Assembly (NCBI GenBank): GCA_046717345.1
Contig: JBKJVN010000134.1
Span: 3,070 to 67,069 of the forward strand
Length of the DNA: 64,000 nucleotides
Direction: 5' to 3'
Source of the DNA: Candidatus Limnocylindria bacterium
Lineage (GTDB): Bacteria > Chloroflexota > Limnocylindria > QHBO01
Both the position numbers and the translations under genes were made by a program. Of this stretch, positions 45,183 through 54,658 are shown piece after piece. The number at the start of each line of letters is the position of its first letter. Position 1 is the stretch's first letter. The notes below the pieces were generated by a model. It worked only from the letters and a program-made list of their open reading frames with translations. It did not search any database and was not told the DNA's origin.

Positions 45183-46367
45183 ATGATGGCTCAGGTGAGC
45201 CTCCCGCCACGCGACCGCCCGCTCGAGGCGTCTCTGGTCGCCAGCGGCTCCGTTGTCGCCTTCGAGCACGTCACCAAGCGCTACGGGAACGGCCCGCCGG
45301 CGGTGACCGATCTCTCGCTCGAGATCCGCGCCGGGGAGATCTGCGTCCTGGTCGGCCCGTCGGGGTGCGGCAAGACGACGACCATGAAGATGGTCAACCG
45401 CCTGGTAGAGCCGACATCGGGTCGGGTAACGATTGATGGGGCCGATGTCGCGTCCCTGCCGCCGGTCGACCTGCGGCGCCGGATCGGCTATGTCATCCAG
45501 CAGGTGGGGCTCTTCCCGCATCTGACGGTCGCCGAGAACGTGGCCGTCGTGCCGCGCCTGCTGGGCTGGGGGGAGGCCCGAATCAGGGCCCGGGTGGAGG
45601 AGCTCCTGGAGCTGGTCGGGCTCGATCCGGGCGCCTACCGGTCCCGCTATGCCGCGGCCCTGTCCGGCGGCGAGCGCCAGCGGGTGGGAGTGGCGCGGGC
45701 GATGGCCGCCGATCCCAGCGTCCTGCTCATGGACGAGCCGTTCGGGGCGGTGGATCCAATCCGCCGCGAGCGCCTCCAGAACGAGTTCCTCCGCCTGCAG
45801 GCGCGGCTGCGCAAGACGATCGTGTTCGTCACCCACGACGTGGATGAGGCGATCAAGATGGCCGACCGGATCGCGATCCTGCAGGTAGGTGGCGTCTTGG
45901 CCCAGTACGACAGCCCCGATCGCCTGCTGGCTGCCCCCGCCAGTCCGTTCGTCGAGCACTTCGTTGGCGCTGACCGCGGACTGAAGCGCTTGTCCCTGGC
46001 TCGCGTCCGCGATCTCCCGCTCGAATCGCCGGTCACGGTCGCCGTCGGCGAGTCCTTCGCCGCGGCCCGTCGGCGACTGCCGGATAGGACGACGTGGGCC
46101 CTGGTCATCGACGCCCAACACAGGCCGCTGGGCTGGATCGCGGCCGACGACCTGGCCGGCGAGGGCACGGTCGACGCGGCCATGGCCGTCCCCGGATCCA
46201 CACTCCTCCAACCCGAGTCGACCCTGCGCGACGCGTTGTCGGCCATGCTGGTCTCCTCGGTCCAGCTGGGCGTGGTGGTGGACGAGCACGACGCGGTGCT
46301 CGGGGTCATCAGCGTGGCCGCCATTTCGCGGACCCTGCAGGACGGCGCCGGGAGCCCGCCGCTATGA
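45183..46367 (+). CDS. opuCA: Glycine-betaine/osmoprotectant ABC transporter ATP-binding protein with tandem CBS domains
   Basis: Walker A GPSGCGKTT, LSGGERQRVGVARA signature, a C-terminal CBS pair. Confidence 0.8.
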   Translation: MMAQVSLPPRDRPLEASLVASGSVVAFEHVTKRYGNGPPAVTDLSLEIRAGEICVLVGPSGCGKTTTMKMVNRLVEPTSGRVTIDGADVASLPPVDLRRRIGYVIQQVGLFPHLTVAENVAVVPRLLGWGEARIRARVEELLELVGLDPGAYRSRYAAALSGGERQRVGVARAMAADPSVLLMDEPFGAVDPIRRERLQNEFLRLQARLRKTIVFVTHDVDEAIKMADRIAILQVGGVLAQYDSPDRLLAAPASPFVEHFVGADRGLKRLSLARVRDLPLESPVTVAVGESFAAARRRLPDRTTWALVIDAQHRPLGWIAADDLAGEGTVDAAMAVPGSTLLQPESTLRDALSAMLVSSVQLGVVVDEHDAVLGVISVAAISRTLQDGAGSPPL

Positions 46368-47032
46368 CCGAAGAGGCGCCCTTCTTCCGCCTGGACTGGG
46401 TCCTCGACAACCTGGACATGCTGGCCCAGCGCACCGCGGAGCACGTGGTGCTGACCCTCATCGGTGTCGGGTTCGGCGTCCTCATCGCGTTTCCGGTGAC
46501 CCTGCTCATCCATCGGCGCCGGCGGCTCATCGGCCCGGTCCTCGGCTTCGCGGGCGTCCTGTACGCCATTCCCAGTCTCGCCCTGTTCGGCCTCCTGATC
46601 CCGGTGACCGGCATCGGGCTCGTGACGGCCGAGATCGCGCTGGTCAGCTACACGCTCCTGATCCTCATTCGCAACGGGCTGGCCGGACTGGACGGCGTCG
46701 CGCCCGAGATCGTGGAGGCGGCGACGGGGATGGGCCACACCCGCATCCAGCAGCTGTGGCGTGTCCAGCTTCCGCTGGCCATCCCGGTCATCGTCGCCGG
46801 CATCCGGATCGCAACCGTGACCACCATCGGGCTGGTGGCCGTGACCGCCCTCATCGGCCAGGGTGGTCTGGGATTTGTGATCATCACCATCGGCATCAAC
46901 CGCTTCTTCCCGACCGCCATCCTGGTGGGCGTCGGGCTGTCCGTCGTGCTGGCCGTGCTTGCCGATCGCGGCCTGGTGCTCGCCGAACGGGCGCTGACGC
47001 CCTGGGCGCGCGCCGGATCCGGAGAGGGCTGA
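46364..47032 (+). CDS. opuCB: Osmoprotectant ABC transporter permease
   Basis: ATGA overlap with opuCA. Six TM helices and an EAA-like loop. Confidence 0.8.
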   Translation: MTEEAPFFRLDWVLDNLDMLAQRTAEHVVLTLIGVGFGVLIAFPVTLLIHRRRRLIGPVLGFAGVLYAIPSLALFGLLIPVTGIGLVTAEIALVSYTLLILIRNGLAGLDGVAPEIVEAATGMGHTRIQQLWRVQLPLAIPVIVAGIRIATVTTIGLVAVTALIGQGGLGFVIITIGINRFFPTAILVGVGLSVVLAVLADRGLVLAERALTPWARAGSGEG

Positions 47033-47036
47033 CGGG

Positions 47037-47759
47037 ATGGACTTCCTGGCCGAGGTGGCCGCCTGGTTCACCGACCCGGCCAGCTGGTCTGGCCGCGACG
47101 CCATCCCGGCCCGGGTTGGCGAGCACGTGGCCCTGTCGGGCGTCTCCCTCCTGGCGGGCCTGGCCATCGCCCTGCCCCTGGGACTGTTCATCGGCCACAC
47201 CCGGCGCTGGGCCGGCGCCGTGGTCGCCATCACCAACGTGGGGCGGGCGGTCCCATCGGTGGGAATTCTCGGTCTCGCCCTCCCGCTCACCCTCCAGCTG
47301 GGCTGGGGCATCGGGGTGCCTCCCACGCTCCTGGCGCTGACCGTGCTGGCGATCCCGCCCATCGTCCTGAACGCCTACGTGGGCATTCGCGACGTCGAAC
47401 CGGACCTGGTGGAGGCGGCTCGTGGAATGGGGATGCGCGAGTCCCAGGTCCTGCGTCGAGTGGAGCTGCCCATCGGGCTGCCGGTCATCCTGGCCGGGGT
47501 CCGGACCGCGTCGATCCAGGTCATCGCCACTGCCACCCTGGGCGCCATCCTGTCCACCGGCGGCCTGGGCCGCTACGTCGCTGACGGCCTCGCCCGTCAG
47601 GATTACCCCCTGATGTTCGGCGGGGCGCTTCTGGTCATGACCCTGGCTCTGACCAGCGAGGCGCTCTTCGCGCTCGCGCAGCGCTCCGCCGTGTCACCGG
47701 GACTGCGGGGCGCCTCCGCTCGCCTTCCCGAGACGGGAGCAGCGGGCCTCGCCCTGTAA
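47037..47759 (+). CDS. opuCD: Osmoprotectant ABC transporter permease
   Basis: Paralogous permease with the EAARGMG motif. Confidence 0.8.
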   Translation: MDFLAEVAAWFTDPASWSGRDAIPARVGEHVALSGVSLLAGLAIALPLGLFIGHTRRWAGAVVAITNVGRAVPSVGILGLALPLTLQLGWGIGVPPTLLALTVLAIPPIVLNAYVGIRDVEPDLVEAARGMGMRESQVLRRVELPIGLPVILAGVRTASIQVIATATLGAILSTGGLGRYVADGLARQDYPLMFGGALLVMTLALTSEALFALAQRSAVSPGLRGASARLPETGAAGLAL

Positions 47760-47864
47760 CCGCCGTCCGGCGAACGGTGGTAACTGCTAAACTCCGCGGG
47801 CGGGCACGCGTTGGGCGGAGCCCGGGTCGGCGCGAACCGATCGAGAACCATAGAGGAGGACCCA

Positions 47865-48806
47865 ATGCGGAAGATCCGCATGCTCGCCGTCGGGGCGACT
47901 GCGCTGGCGCTGCTGCTCAGTGCCTGCCAGCCGGGTGACGGCAGCAGCCCAAGACCGAGTTCCGGCGCACCCTCGACACCCGCGGAACTCCCCACCGTGA
48001 TCGTCGGCTCGGCCGACTTCGACGAGTCGGCCATCGTGGCCGAGATTTACGCTCAGGCCCTGGAGGCCGCCGGATTCACCGTCGAGCGCCACCTGTTCTT
48101 CGGGACCCGGGAGACGACCCTGCCGGCCCTGGAGAGTGGCGAGCTGAACCTCATGCCGGAGTACATCGGTTCCCTGACCGAGGCGCTGGAGGCGACCGCG
48201 GACGCCGACCCGGCGGTCACGTTTTCTAACCTGAATGCCGCTCTGGCGGACCGCGGCCTGGCAGCCTTCAACTTCTCGCCCGGGCAGGACTCGGACGGGT
48301 TTGCGGTGACCGCCGAGACGGCCCAGGCGTTCGACCTGGCGACGATGAGCGACGTCGCGCCGATAGCCGACCAGTTCACCTGGGGGCTGCCCCCGGAGTG
48401 TGCCGAGCGGCCGCTCTGCGGGATCGGCTTGGAATCTGTGTACGGCATCGACGTGACCGCCATCCGGGTTGAAAACCTGGCGCCCTGCAGTGCCGCCATG
48501 GCCGAGGCGCTCAACGCCGGAGCCATCGGCGTCGCGCGGGTGTGCACGACCCAGGCGCAGATCGCGCAGTACAACCTCGTCGTGCTGGAGGACGACCAGG
48601 GCTTGAATCCGGCTCAAAACCTGGCCCCCGTGGTGACGGAGGATCTGGCGGCCGCCGGGGGCGACCTGCTGGAGTCCACCCTGAACGCTGTTTCGGGCGA
48701 ATTGACCACGAAGGAGCTGAGCGAGCTCAATCTCCTGGTCAGCGTCGAACTCCAAGACCTGGCGGAGGTGGCTCAGGCCTGGCTGGAGGACCGCGGGTTG
48801 ATCTGA
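47865..48806 (+). CDS. opuCC: Glycine-betaine/choline-binding lipoprotein (ABC substrate-binding protein)
   Basis: SD GAGGAGGA. Signal peptide MRKIRMLAVGATALALLLSAC with a lipobox. Confidence 0.8.
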   Translation: MRKIRMLAVGATALALLLSACQPGDGSSPRPSSGAPSTPAELPTVIVGSADFDESAIVAEIYAQALEAAGFTVERHLFFGTRETTLPALESGELNLMPEYIGSLTEALEATADADPAVTFSNLNAALADRGLAAFNFSPGQDSDGFAVTAETAQAFDLATMSDVAPIADQFTWGLPPECAERPLCGIGLESVYGIDVTAIRVENLAPCSAAMAEALNAGAIGVARVCTTQAQIAQYNLVVLEDDQGLNPAQNLAPVVTEDLAAAGGDLLESTLNAVSGELTTKELSELNLLVSVELQDLAEVAQAWLEDRGLI

Positions 48807-48833
48807 CGGCTGCGCTCAGAGCAGCCCAGACCG

Positions 48834-48870
48834 ATGGTGGCCGGCCGCGAGGCCGGCCACCTTTATGCTT
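48834..48870 (+). terminator. Intrinsic terminator after the opuC operon
   Basis: Perfect 11-bp stem GGTGGCCGGCC-gcga-GGCCGGCCACC followed by TTTATGCTTGT. Confidence 0.55.
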
Positions 48871-48898
48871 GTAACGATGGATCAGCGATGGGTCGCCG

Positions 48899-49534
48899 AT
48901 GAACGAGCACCTGGATCTCGCTGACTGGAGACGGCGGGTATCGGCCCTGTACGCCGAGCTGCGCGCCGACGCGGATCCAGGCCCGGATAACCTGGCGGTA
49001 TTCCGGGGCGTAAAGGACGAGCTGTTCCGCAACCATCCCCAATCACCGATCCCCGCGGCCGAGCGCCCGGCTTTCAGCGGGCTCGCCTACTGGCCGCACG
49101 ACCCGGCGCTCCGGCTGACGGCCACCCTGGAGCCCGATCCGAAGGGGCCACCGCTCGACCTGCCGGTGTCCACCGGAGACCCGTTCGCGTTCAGCCGGAT
49201 CGGCTGGGTGAGCTTCGAGGTGAGCGGGTCGGTCCAGCGCCTGGGGGTCTACTGGCTGGCGGGATACGGGGGCGGGATCTTCATCCCGTTCCGCGACGCG
49301 ACCAGCGGGGTGGGCACGTACGGCGGCGGGCGCTACCTGTGGGACTCGGTCAAGGGCGCCGACCTCGGGTCAGACGGGGATCGGCTGGTGCTTGACTTCA
49401 ACTATGCATTCCACCCTTCGTGCACGTACGACCCCCGATGGAGCTGCCCGCTCGCGCCGCGCGACAACTGGCTCGCCGTGGCCATTCAGGCCGGCGAGCG
49501 GCTCGACACCGGCTTGGACGGCCGTCTGCCATGA
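48899..49534 (+). CDS. DUF1684-domain protein
   Basis: 211 aa. ...VGTYGGGRYLWD... fits the conserved DUF1684 core. Confidence 0.65.
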   Translation: MNEHLDLADWRRRVSALYAELRADADPGPDNLAVFRGVKDELFRNHPQSPIPAAERPAFSGLAYWPHDPALRLTATLEPDPKGPPLDLPVSTGDPFAFSRIGWVSFEVSGSVQRLGVYWLAGYGGGIFIPFRDATSGVGTYGGGRYLWDSVKGADLGSDGDRLVLDFNYAFHPSCTYDPRWSCPLAPRDNWLAVAIQAGERLDTGLDGRLP

Positions 49535-50007
49535 GCCAGGCGCCGGGCGAGCTTCCCGCCTTCGGCACGCCCGGGCGGTGCCTGAAGTGCGGACGCCCGA
49601 TCGACCTCCAGGAGACGATGTGCGATGTCTGCAACCGCGCCGGCATGACGGCGCCGGCCGCGACCCAGATGCACGGAACGGTGGCGGTGGCGATCGTGGG
49701 CTCGGTCGTCGCCATGGGCGTGGTGGCCTCGATCCTGGTGGGTGGGGTCGGGCCGTTCACCAGTGACGTGCTGGCGGTGGGCCCGGTGGCCGAGGCATCG
49801 GTCGTGGTGACGCTGCAGGTCAACAACCAGGGATCGCGGGCGGGACGCGCTCGGTGTGAGCTGACCGCCGTCAACGGAGCGGGCAGCCCGGTGGCGCGGA
49901 CGGTGGCCCTGTCGCCGCAGGTGCCGGCCGGGGGCTCCGTTCCCTTCGACGCCCAGATCCCGGGATTGACCACCGACCCGTCCCGGGTCGTGGTCCGCTG
50001 CCAGTGA
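49531..50007 (+). CDS. Zinc-ribbon plus single-TM membrane protein
   Basis: ATGA overlap with the previous gene. CLKCGRPIDLQETMCDVCN zinc ribbon, then a TM helix VAVAIVGSVVAMGVVASILVG. Confidence 0.5.
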   Translation: MSQAPGELPAFGTPGRCLKCGRPIDLQETMCDVCNRAGMTAPAATQMHGTVAVAIVGSVVAMGVVASILVGGVGPFTSDVLAVGPVAEASVVVTLQVNNQGSRAGRARCELTAVNGAGSPVARTVALSPQVPAGGSVPFDAQIPGLTTDPSRVVVRCQ

Positions 50008-51695
50008 CAGCTCTTCGCGCCATCCTCATTGGCGGAGTCGCGATCGTGGCGGCCATCGCCGTCATTTCCCAGCTCTTCGGCGCCAGCCCGTCACTGTTTC
50101 CCGACCCGGTGTTCGACCAGGCGGTGTACGACGAAGCGGGGGTGCTGGACGCCGCCACCGAAACGATCCTCGAGCAGCGGATCGATGCCCTCGAGGCGCG
50201 GAGCGGAGCGGAGGTCGCCATCTACCTCCAGGTCGACCCGAGCCAGGACTTCGAGACCAATGTCGCCTTGGCTGAGGCCCTGATGAACGAGTGGGGCGTC
50301 GGCCGCGCCGGATACGACGATGGATTCGTGATCCTGGTCAGCTTCGAAGAGGACCTGGTCCACGGGGTGATCAGCACCTATGCCGGCAGCGGCTTCAAGG
50401 CCGCGTACCTGTCGGTCGATGACCAGGAGCGTCTCATCAATCAGGTCATGGCGCCCGACTTTCGCGCGGGGCAGGTGGGGGCCGGCCTGATGGCTGCCCT
50501 AGAGGAGGCGGAGGCCGCCGTGACCCCCGCAGCCACCGAGCGCCTGGAGACGTACCGGCAGGTCAACGCCCTCATCGGCATCCCGGGCGGGATCCTGGCC
50601 CTGGTCCTGACCGGCGGGACGGCGTTCGTCGCCTGGCGCCGTCACGGGGATGATCCGGAGCTCATCGATTCGCGTTCGGTGCTCATGGCCGGGCCGCCCG
50701 CCGAAATGACTCCGCCGCTGGCGACGGTCCTCCGTGAGGGGCGGGCCGGATCGAACGCCCTTCGCACACTCCTCGTGGAGCTCGCTGGCGGCGGCCTCAT
50801 CCGGTTCCGGAACCTGGATCGAGCCAAGGAGGTCAAGTCCACCGACAATCCGGATCCCCTGACCGATCCAGCCCTGGACGTGCTGGACCCGCCAGTCGAC
50901 CGGCCACTGCCGTCGGGCCCACTGGGCGAGGCCTACCGCGAGCTTGTGGTCCGCGGCGGGTCCATGCGGTCACTGCGCCGGGAAGCGCTGTGGGGGGTCA
51001 ACCAGGCGCTCGATCCGATGAAGCGTCAGCTCGAGCAGGAGGCGGTCCGCCTGGGGTGGCTGACGCGCCTCCCGACCCCGGAAATCACCCGCTGGGTGTT
51101 CCTCGGGGTCGTTGAGGCCGCCGTCGGCGTCGGAGCCATCTTCCTGGGCAACACGATCCCGATGAGCGGGCTGACCCTGGTTGGAGGCGCGCTCGTCGCC
51201 GGAGGATTGGTGACGGGGGCCTTCGGCCTTCAGATGTCCAAGCGAACGCCGAACGGAGCGTACGTGGACGCCATGCTGAAGGCTTACCGCCGCACTCTCG
51301 AGAAGACCTTGGAGCAGGCGCGGTCCATGGCCGAAGTGGTGCAGGATCCGACCGTGCGGGTGCTGGCCGACACGCCCGACAAGGCCGTGGTGTGGGGCGT
51401 GGCACTCGGACTGCACCAGGAGGTGGGCGAGGTCCTGGCCCGTGAGATGGCCGACCCCCAGACCCAGGCCATGAGCCAATCCTCGGGCGCCTATTACCCG
51501 ATGTGGTTGGGCTCATCCACAGCGTCGGGGGCCGGCGATGGCGGCGGAGGCCTCTTCTCGGGGTCGGGCATCCCCGACATCGGAGGCATGTTGGGGACCG
51601 TGGGCAGCATCGGGTCCGCCCCGTCGTCGTCCAGCGGCGGAGGCTTCGGTGGCGGCGGAGGCGGCGGGGGCGGGGGCGCCAGCGGCGGCTTCTAG
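50004..51695 (+). CDS. TPM-domain / DUF2207-type membrane protein with a Gly-rich C-terminal tail
   Basis: GTGA overlap with the previous gene. The N-terminal TPM domain has YDEAGVL...IDALEARSGAEVAIYLQ. There are internal TM helices. Confidence 0.6.
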   Translation: MTALRAILIGGVAIVAAIAVISQLFGASPSLFPDPVFDQAVYDEAGVLDAATETILEQRIDALEARSGAEVAIYLQVDPSQDFETNVALAEALMNEWGVGRAGYDDGFVILVSFEEDLVHGVISTYAGSGFKAAYLSVDDQERLINQVMAPDFRAGQVGAGLMAALEEAEAAVTPAATERLETYRQVNALIGIPGGILALVLTGGTAFVAWRRHGDDPELIDSRSVLMAGPPAEMTPPLATVLREGRAGSNALRTLLVELAGGGLIRFRNLDRAKEVKSTDNPDPLTDPALDVLDPPVDRPLPSGPLGEAYRELVVRGGSMRSLRREALWGVNQALDPMKRQLEQEAVRLGWLTRLPTPEITRWVFLGVVEAAVGVGAIFLGNTIPMSGLTLVGGALVAGGLVTGAFGLQMSKRTPNGAYVDAMLKAYRRTLEKTLEQARSMAEVVQDPTVRVLADTPDKAVVWGVALGLHQEVGEVLAREMADPQTQAMSQSSGAYYPMWLGSSTASGAGDGGGGLFSGSGIPDIGGMLGTVGSIGSAPSSSSGGGFGGGGGGGGGGASGGF

Positions 51696-51713
51696 GCGCG
51701 CATTACAAACTGA

Positions 51714-52529
51714 GTGGCGCGTTTTTCAAACTTTGGGTATCGTGGCTGCATGACATATGACCGCGACCGCCGGCCCCGCCGGCCAGACGACCGTCGGCCG
51801 GGCCCCGACCGCTATCGGCCAAGCGACCGGCCTGGCCCGCGCCGCGGACGGCCGCCGTTCCAGTCCGGGCCGCGACCGCCATTCGACTCCGGACCCCGAC
51901 CTCCGCGGCCCGGCGGCCCCGACGAGGGCGCCATGTCGCTTCGCCTCGATCCGCGGCACCTGGGCACCCTGCGCGCCCTCGCCTCCGAGGCCGGGGTGCG
52001 CCCCGGGGAGCTGGTGACGCTGTGGGTCACCGAGCGGCTCGACGCCGAGCGCCGCGGGGCTCCGTCCCCCATCGACGTCGGGCCGGTGCTCGAGTCGTTG
52101 AACGATCGAATCGAAGCATTGACCCGGCGCGTCGACGGGCTGGCGTCCCGCGACGCCACTCCAGCCGCCAGTGGCGCGACGAGCGCCGCGGCCGGCACGG
52201 CCGATCCGGTGATGGCCGAACCGGCGCCGCCCCGGCGCCGCGGCCGCCCGCCAAAGTCCGCATCCACCCCGGCCGCGACGAGGAAGGTCAACCGCGCCCG
52301 GGGCAAGAACCCAGCGATCCCGTTGCACGAGGAGATCGCGGCTGTTCTGGCCGAGCGCGGACCGCTGAGTGCGGGCGAGCTGGCGGAGGCTGTGATCGCC
52401 CGCGGCATCTACGCACCGCCTCGCAGCGGCAAGCCGTTGGACGCGACCGCGGTCAGCGTCCGGGTCTCGAACCCCCGCTATCGGAGCCGATTCACGCGCC
52501 GCGAGGGAAAGATCGGCCTCGCCGGCTAG
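51714..52529 (+). CDS. Hypothetical DNA-binding protein (Arg/Pro-rich N-terminus, AT-hook RRRGRPPK, C-terminal HARE-HTH-like winged helix)
   Basis: ORF translation only. The start is uncertain. Confidence 0.4.
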   Translation: MARFSNFGYRGCMTYDRDRRPRRPDDRRPGPDRYRPSDRPGPRRGRPPFQSGPRPPFDSGPRPPRPGGPDEGAMSLRLDPRHLGTLRALASEAGVRPGELVTLWVTERLDAERRGAPSPIDVGPVLESLNDRIEALTRRVDGLASRDATPAASGATSAAAGTADPVMAEPAPPRRRGRPPKSASTPAATRKVNRARGKNPAIPLHEEIAAVLAERGPLSAGELAEAVIARGIYAPPRSGKPLDATAVSVRVSNPRYRSRFTRREGKIGLAG

Positions 52530-52729
52530 TCCTCCAGGACGAACGTCACCAGGATATTGACCTGGAACTCCAGTTCCCCATCCGCGCCGACGCTGACCCT
52601 CATTTCCTTGATCCACGCGCTCTTCACGCCCCGCAAGGTGCGTCGCGCGCGGGCAATGCCCTGCCGCACCGCGTCCTCGAAGCTCTCATTCGAGGTGCAG
52701 CTGAGCTCGGTAACCCTGGCAACCGACAT
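52526..52729 (-). CDS. Dodecin (flavin-binding)
   Basis: About 67 aa. MSVARVTELSCTSNESFEDAVRQGIARARRTLRGVKSAWIKEMRVSVGADGELEFQVNILVTFVLED aligns end-to-end with dodecins. Confidence 0.7.
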   Translation of the reverse strand: MSVARVTELSCTSNESFEDAVRQGIARARRTLRGVKSAWIKEMRVSVGADGELEFQVNILVTFVLED

Positions 52730-52777
52730 CGGTTCCTCCTCCACAGACACTGGCGCCTGGTCTTGGCCGACCCGAGT

Positions 52778-53743
52778 CTAGCCCGACCCGGGCTCGGCGA
52801 TGGTCAGGATGCGGGCCGGGTTCTCGACCGTCATCCGCTCCAGCTCGCCCTCCCCGACGGCCGCCGTCCGGAGCGCCGGCAGGAAATGCTGCTGGAGGTA
52901 GGTGTACCCAAAGCCGCCATTCACCTTGAGCTGCATGTCATGGCATACGTCCTGGCTTAGCAGGATCTGCGCGCCGAAACCGCGGTCCAGCAACTCGACC
53001 AGCAGCTCCACGATCCGCGGCTCGCGTGGCTCGTCCACCGGGTCGAACCGATGACCGAGAAAATCGAACTCGAGGTTCGCGCCACGCTCGAGGATGGCGA
53101 GGTAGTGATCGAGGTCCGGCCACGAGTCGGCGTGACCGATCACGACCCGCTGCGGATCAACTCCCTCGTCCAGGAAGATCTGCAGCTGCGCGCGGCCAAC
53201 CGCGGACTGGACGCCATGGGTGGTGATCGCCATCCCCGTTCGCTGGGCGGCGCGGGCGGCTGCCCGGTGCACCCGCTCCTCGATGGCGCTGACCCAGGGC
53301 TTGTCCGTTCCGATCTCACCGATGATGCCGGGCCGGACGCCCGTCTCGCCGACCCCCTGCTCGAACTCGCCCACCAGCTCATCGGCCAGGTCGTCCACGG
53401 TGCGCCGATCGATCCCGGCCTCAACCGGGTAGTACGGCGCGTGATACCAGCCACATCCCATCACGATCTGAACGCCGGTGCGGTTTGCCAGGCGCCGCAG
53501 CCGCTCTGGATCGCGGCCGATGCCGGGCAGCGTGACATCGACCAGCGTGTGTCCGCCTCGGCGCCGAAAGTCGCGTAGCTCCTCGGCCACCGTCAGTTCG
53601 TCGGCGGCCAGCTCCCAGTAATCGAACCGGCCCGGGATGTGCCACAGCGATATCGTCGTGTGCTCGTGGGGAAGCGCAAACCCGACTCGCTCCGCGGGGA
53701 TCGGTCCAGAAACGGTCATCACCCGGGGGGCCATGGCTGTACC
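52778..53743 (-). CDS. Phosphotriesterase-family (PTER/Php-like) amidohydrolase
   Basis: FALPHEHT (metal-binding HxH), GIIGEIG, HGVQSA...HAD blocks. The upstream remainder of the 1090-aa ORF is antisense to other genes. Confidence 0.8.
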   Translation of the reverse strand, partial: GTAMAPRVMTVSGPIPAERVGFALPHEHTTISLWHIPGRFDYWELAADELTVAEELRDFRRRGGHTLVDVTLPGIGRDPERLRRLANRTGVQIVMGCGWYHAPYYPVEAGIDRRTVDDLADELVGEFEQGVGETGVRPGIIGEIGTDKPWVSAIEERVHRAAARAAQRTGMAITTHGVQSAVGRAQLQIFLDEGVDPQRVVIGHADSWPDLDHYLAILERGANLEFDFLGHRFDPVDEPREPRIVELLVELLDRGFGAQILLSQDVCHDMQLKVNGGFGYTYLQQHFLPALRTAAVGEGELERMTVENPARILTIAEPGSG

Positions 53744-53926
53744 TCGGTTGGGGGCGTCGGTCGGGATCAGCGAGCCGCCGACGTCTCGGTGAAGGTTGGC
53801 GCGGCCATGTTGCCACTCCGCGCCCGCGACGCGCAAAAGGGCTACCCCGGAGTATCGGCAAGTGCTACAACACCCCGGACGGCCGCCCAAGTCTGACGGC
53901 CCACACCATTGGAGGTCCGTGGAGCC

Positions 53927-54562
53927 ATGAACCAGCGGCCAACAGGGGTCACCATCCTCGCTATCCTGGCGTTTGTAGGAGGCATCCTCTCGATACTCGG
54001 CGCTCTTGCCCTGCTGGGTCTCGGTGGCTTCCTGGCAGGTGCCGAGTTCGGAGGACTGGCGGTCTTCTTCGGAATATATGCGTTGGTCTGGGGAGCGCTG
54101 GCGCTCTGGATCGGTTGGGGCTTCTGGCAGCTGCGGCCGTCCGCGTGGCGATGGGGCATCATCCTGATGGTGATCGGGGCAGTGATCACGATCATCCAGA
54201 TCCCCCTCGGTTACAGCGGCGGCATTGCCAGCGCGGCTATCTCGGTCGCCATCGACCTGGCAGTCATCTACTACCTGACCACGCCCGCCGTCCGCGCCGC
54301 CTTCGGACAGTCGACTTCTGGCGGCATGATGGACGCGGTCATGGGGGCCTTTGGCATGGGCGGGGGAGGATCGGCCGCGGCAACTTCGGCTCCGACCGCG
54401 GCCCCGTCGGCCGAACCGCCGGCCATCAGCGCGCCGCCCGAACCGCCGGCCATGAGCCCGCCAGCGGCCAGCTCGTGGAGTGGCTCGGCCGGGTCGTCGA
54501 CCGGCGGCGAGACGTCGTCTGGCGGCGAGGCGGCCGCGCGCGATGAGGACGAAAAACTCTAG
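53927..54562 (+). CDS. Hypothetical 4-TM membrane protein with an Ala/Pro/Ser-rich C-terminal tail
   Basis: ORF. GGAGG lies 11 nt upstream of the ATG (MNQRPTGVTILAILAF...). Confidence 0.5.
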   Translation: MNQRPTGVTILAILAFVGGILSILGALALLGLGGFLAGAEFGGLAVFFGIYALVWGALALWIGWGFWQLRPSAWRWGIILMVIGAVITIIQIPLGYSGGIASAAISVAIDLAVIYYLTTPAVRAAFGQSTSGGMMDAVMGAFGMGGGGSAAATSAPTAAPSAEPPAISAPPEPPAMSPPAASSWSGSAGSSTGGETSSGGEAAARDEDEKL

Positions 54563-54658
54563 CGATTCCATCCACCCCGCACACGACACCTCTCGTGGGC
54601 GCCCGGCGGTCCGCCGCCGAGGCGCCCACAATGGTTCTGTGACCGTCGCCGTCGCCAT

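Noticed and set aside
51695-51760. Possible terminator after the TPM/DUF2207 gene (GCGC...GCGCGTTTTT)
   Set aside because: The stem is only 4-5 bp with a long loop. Too weak to call.
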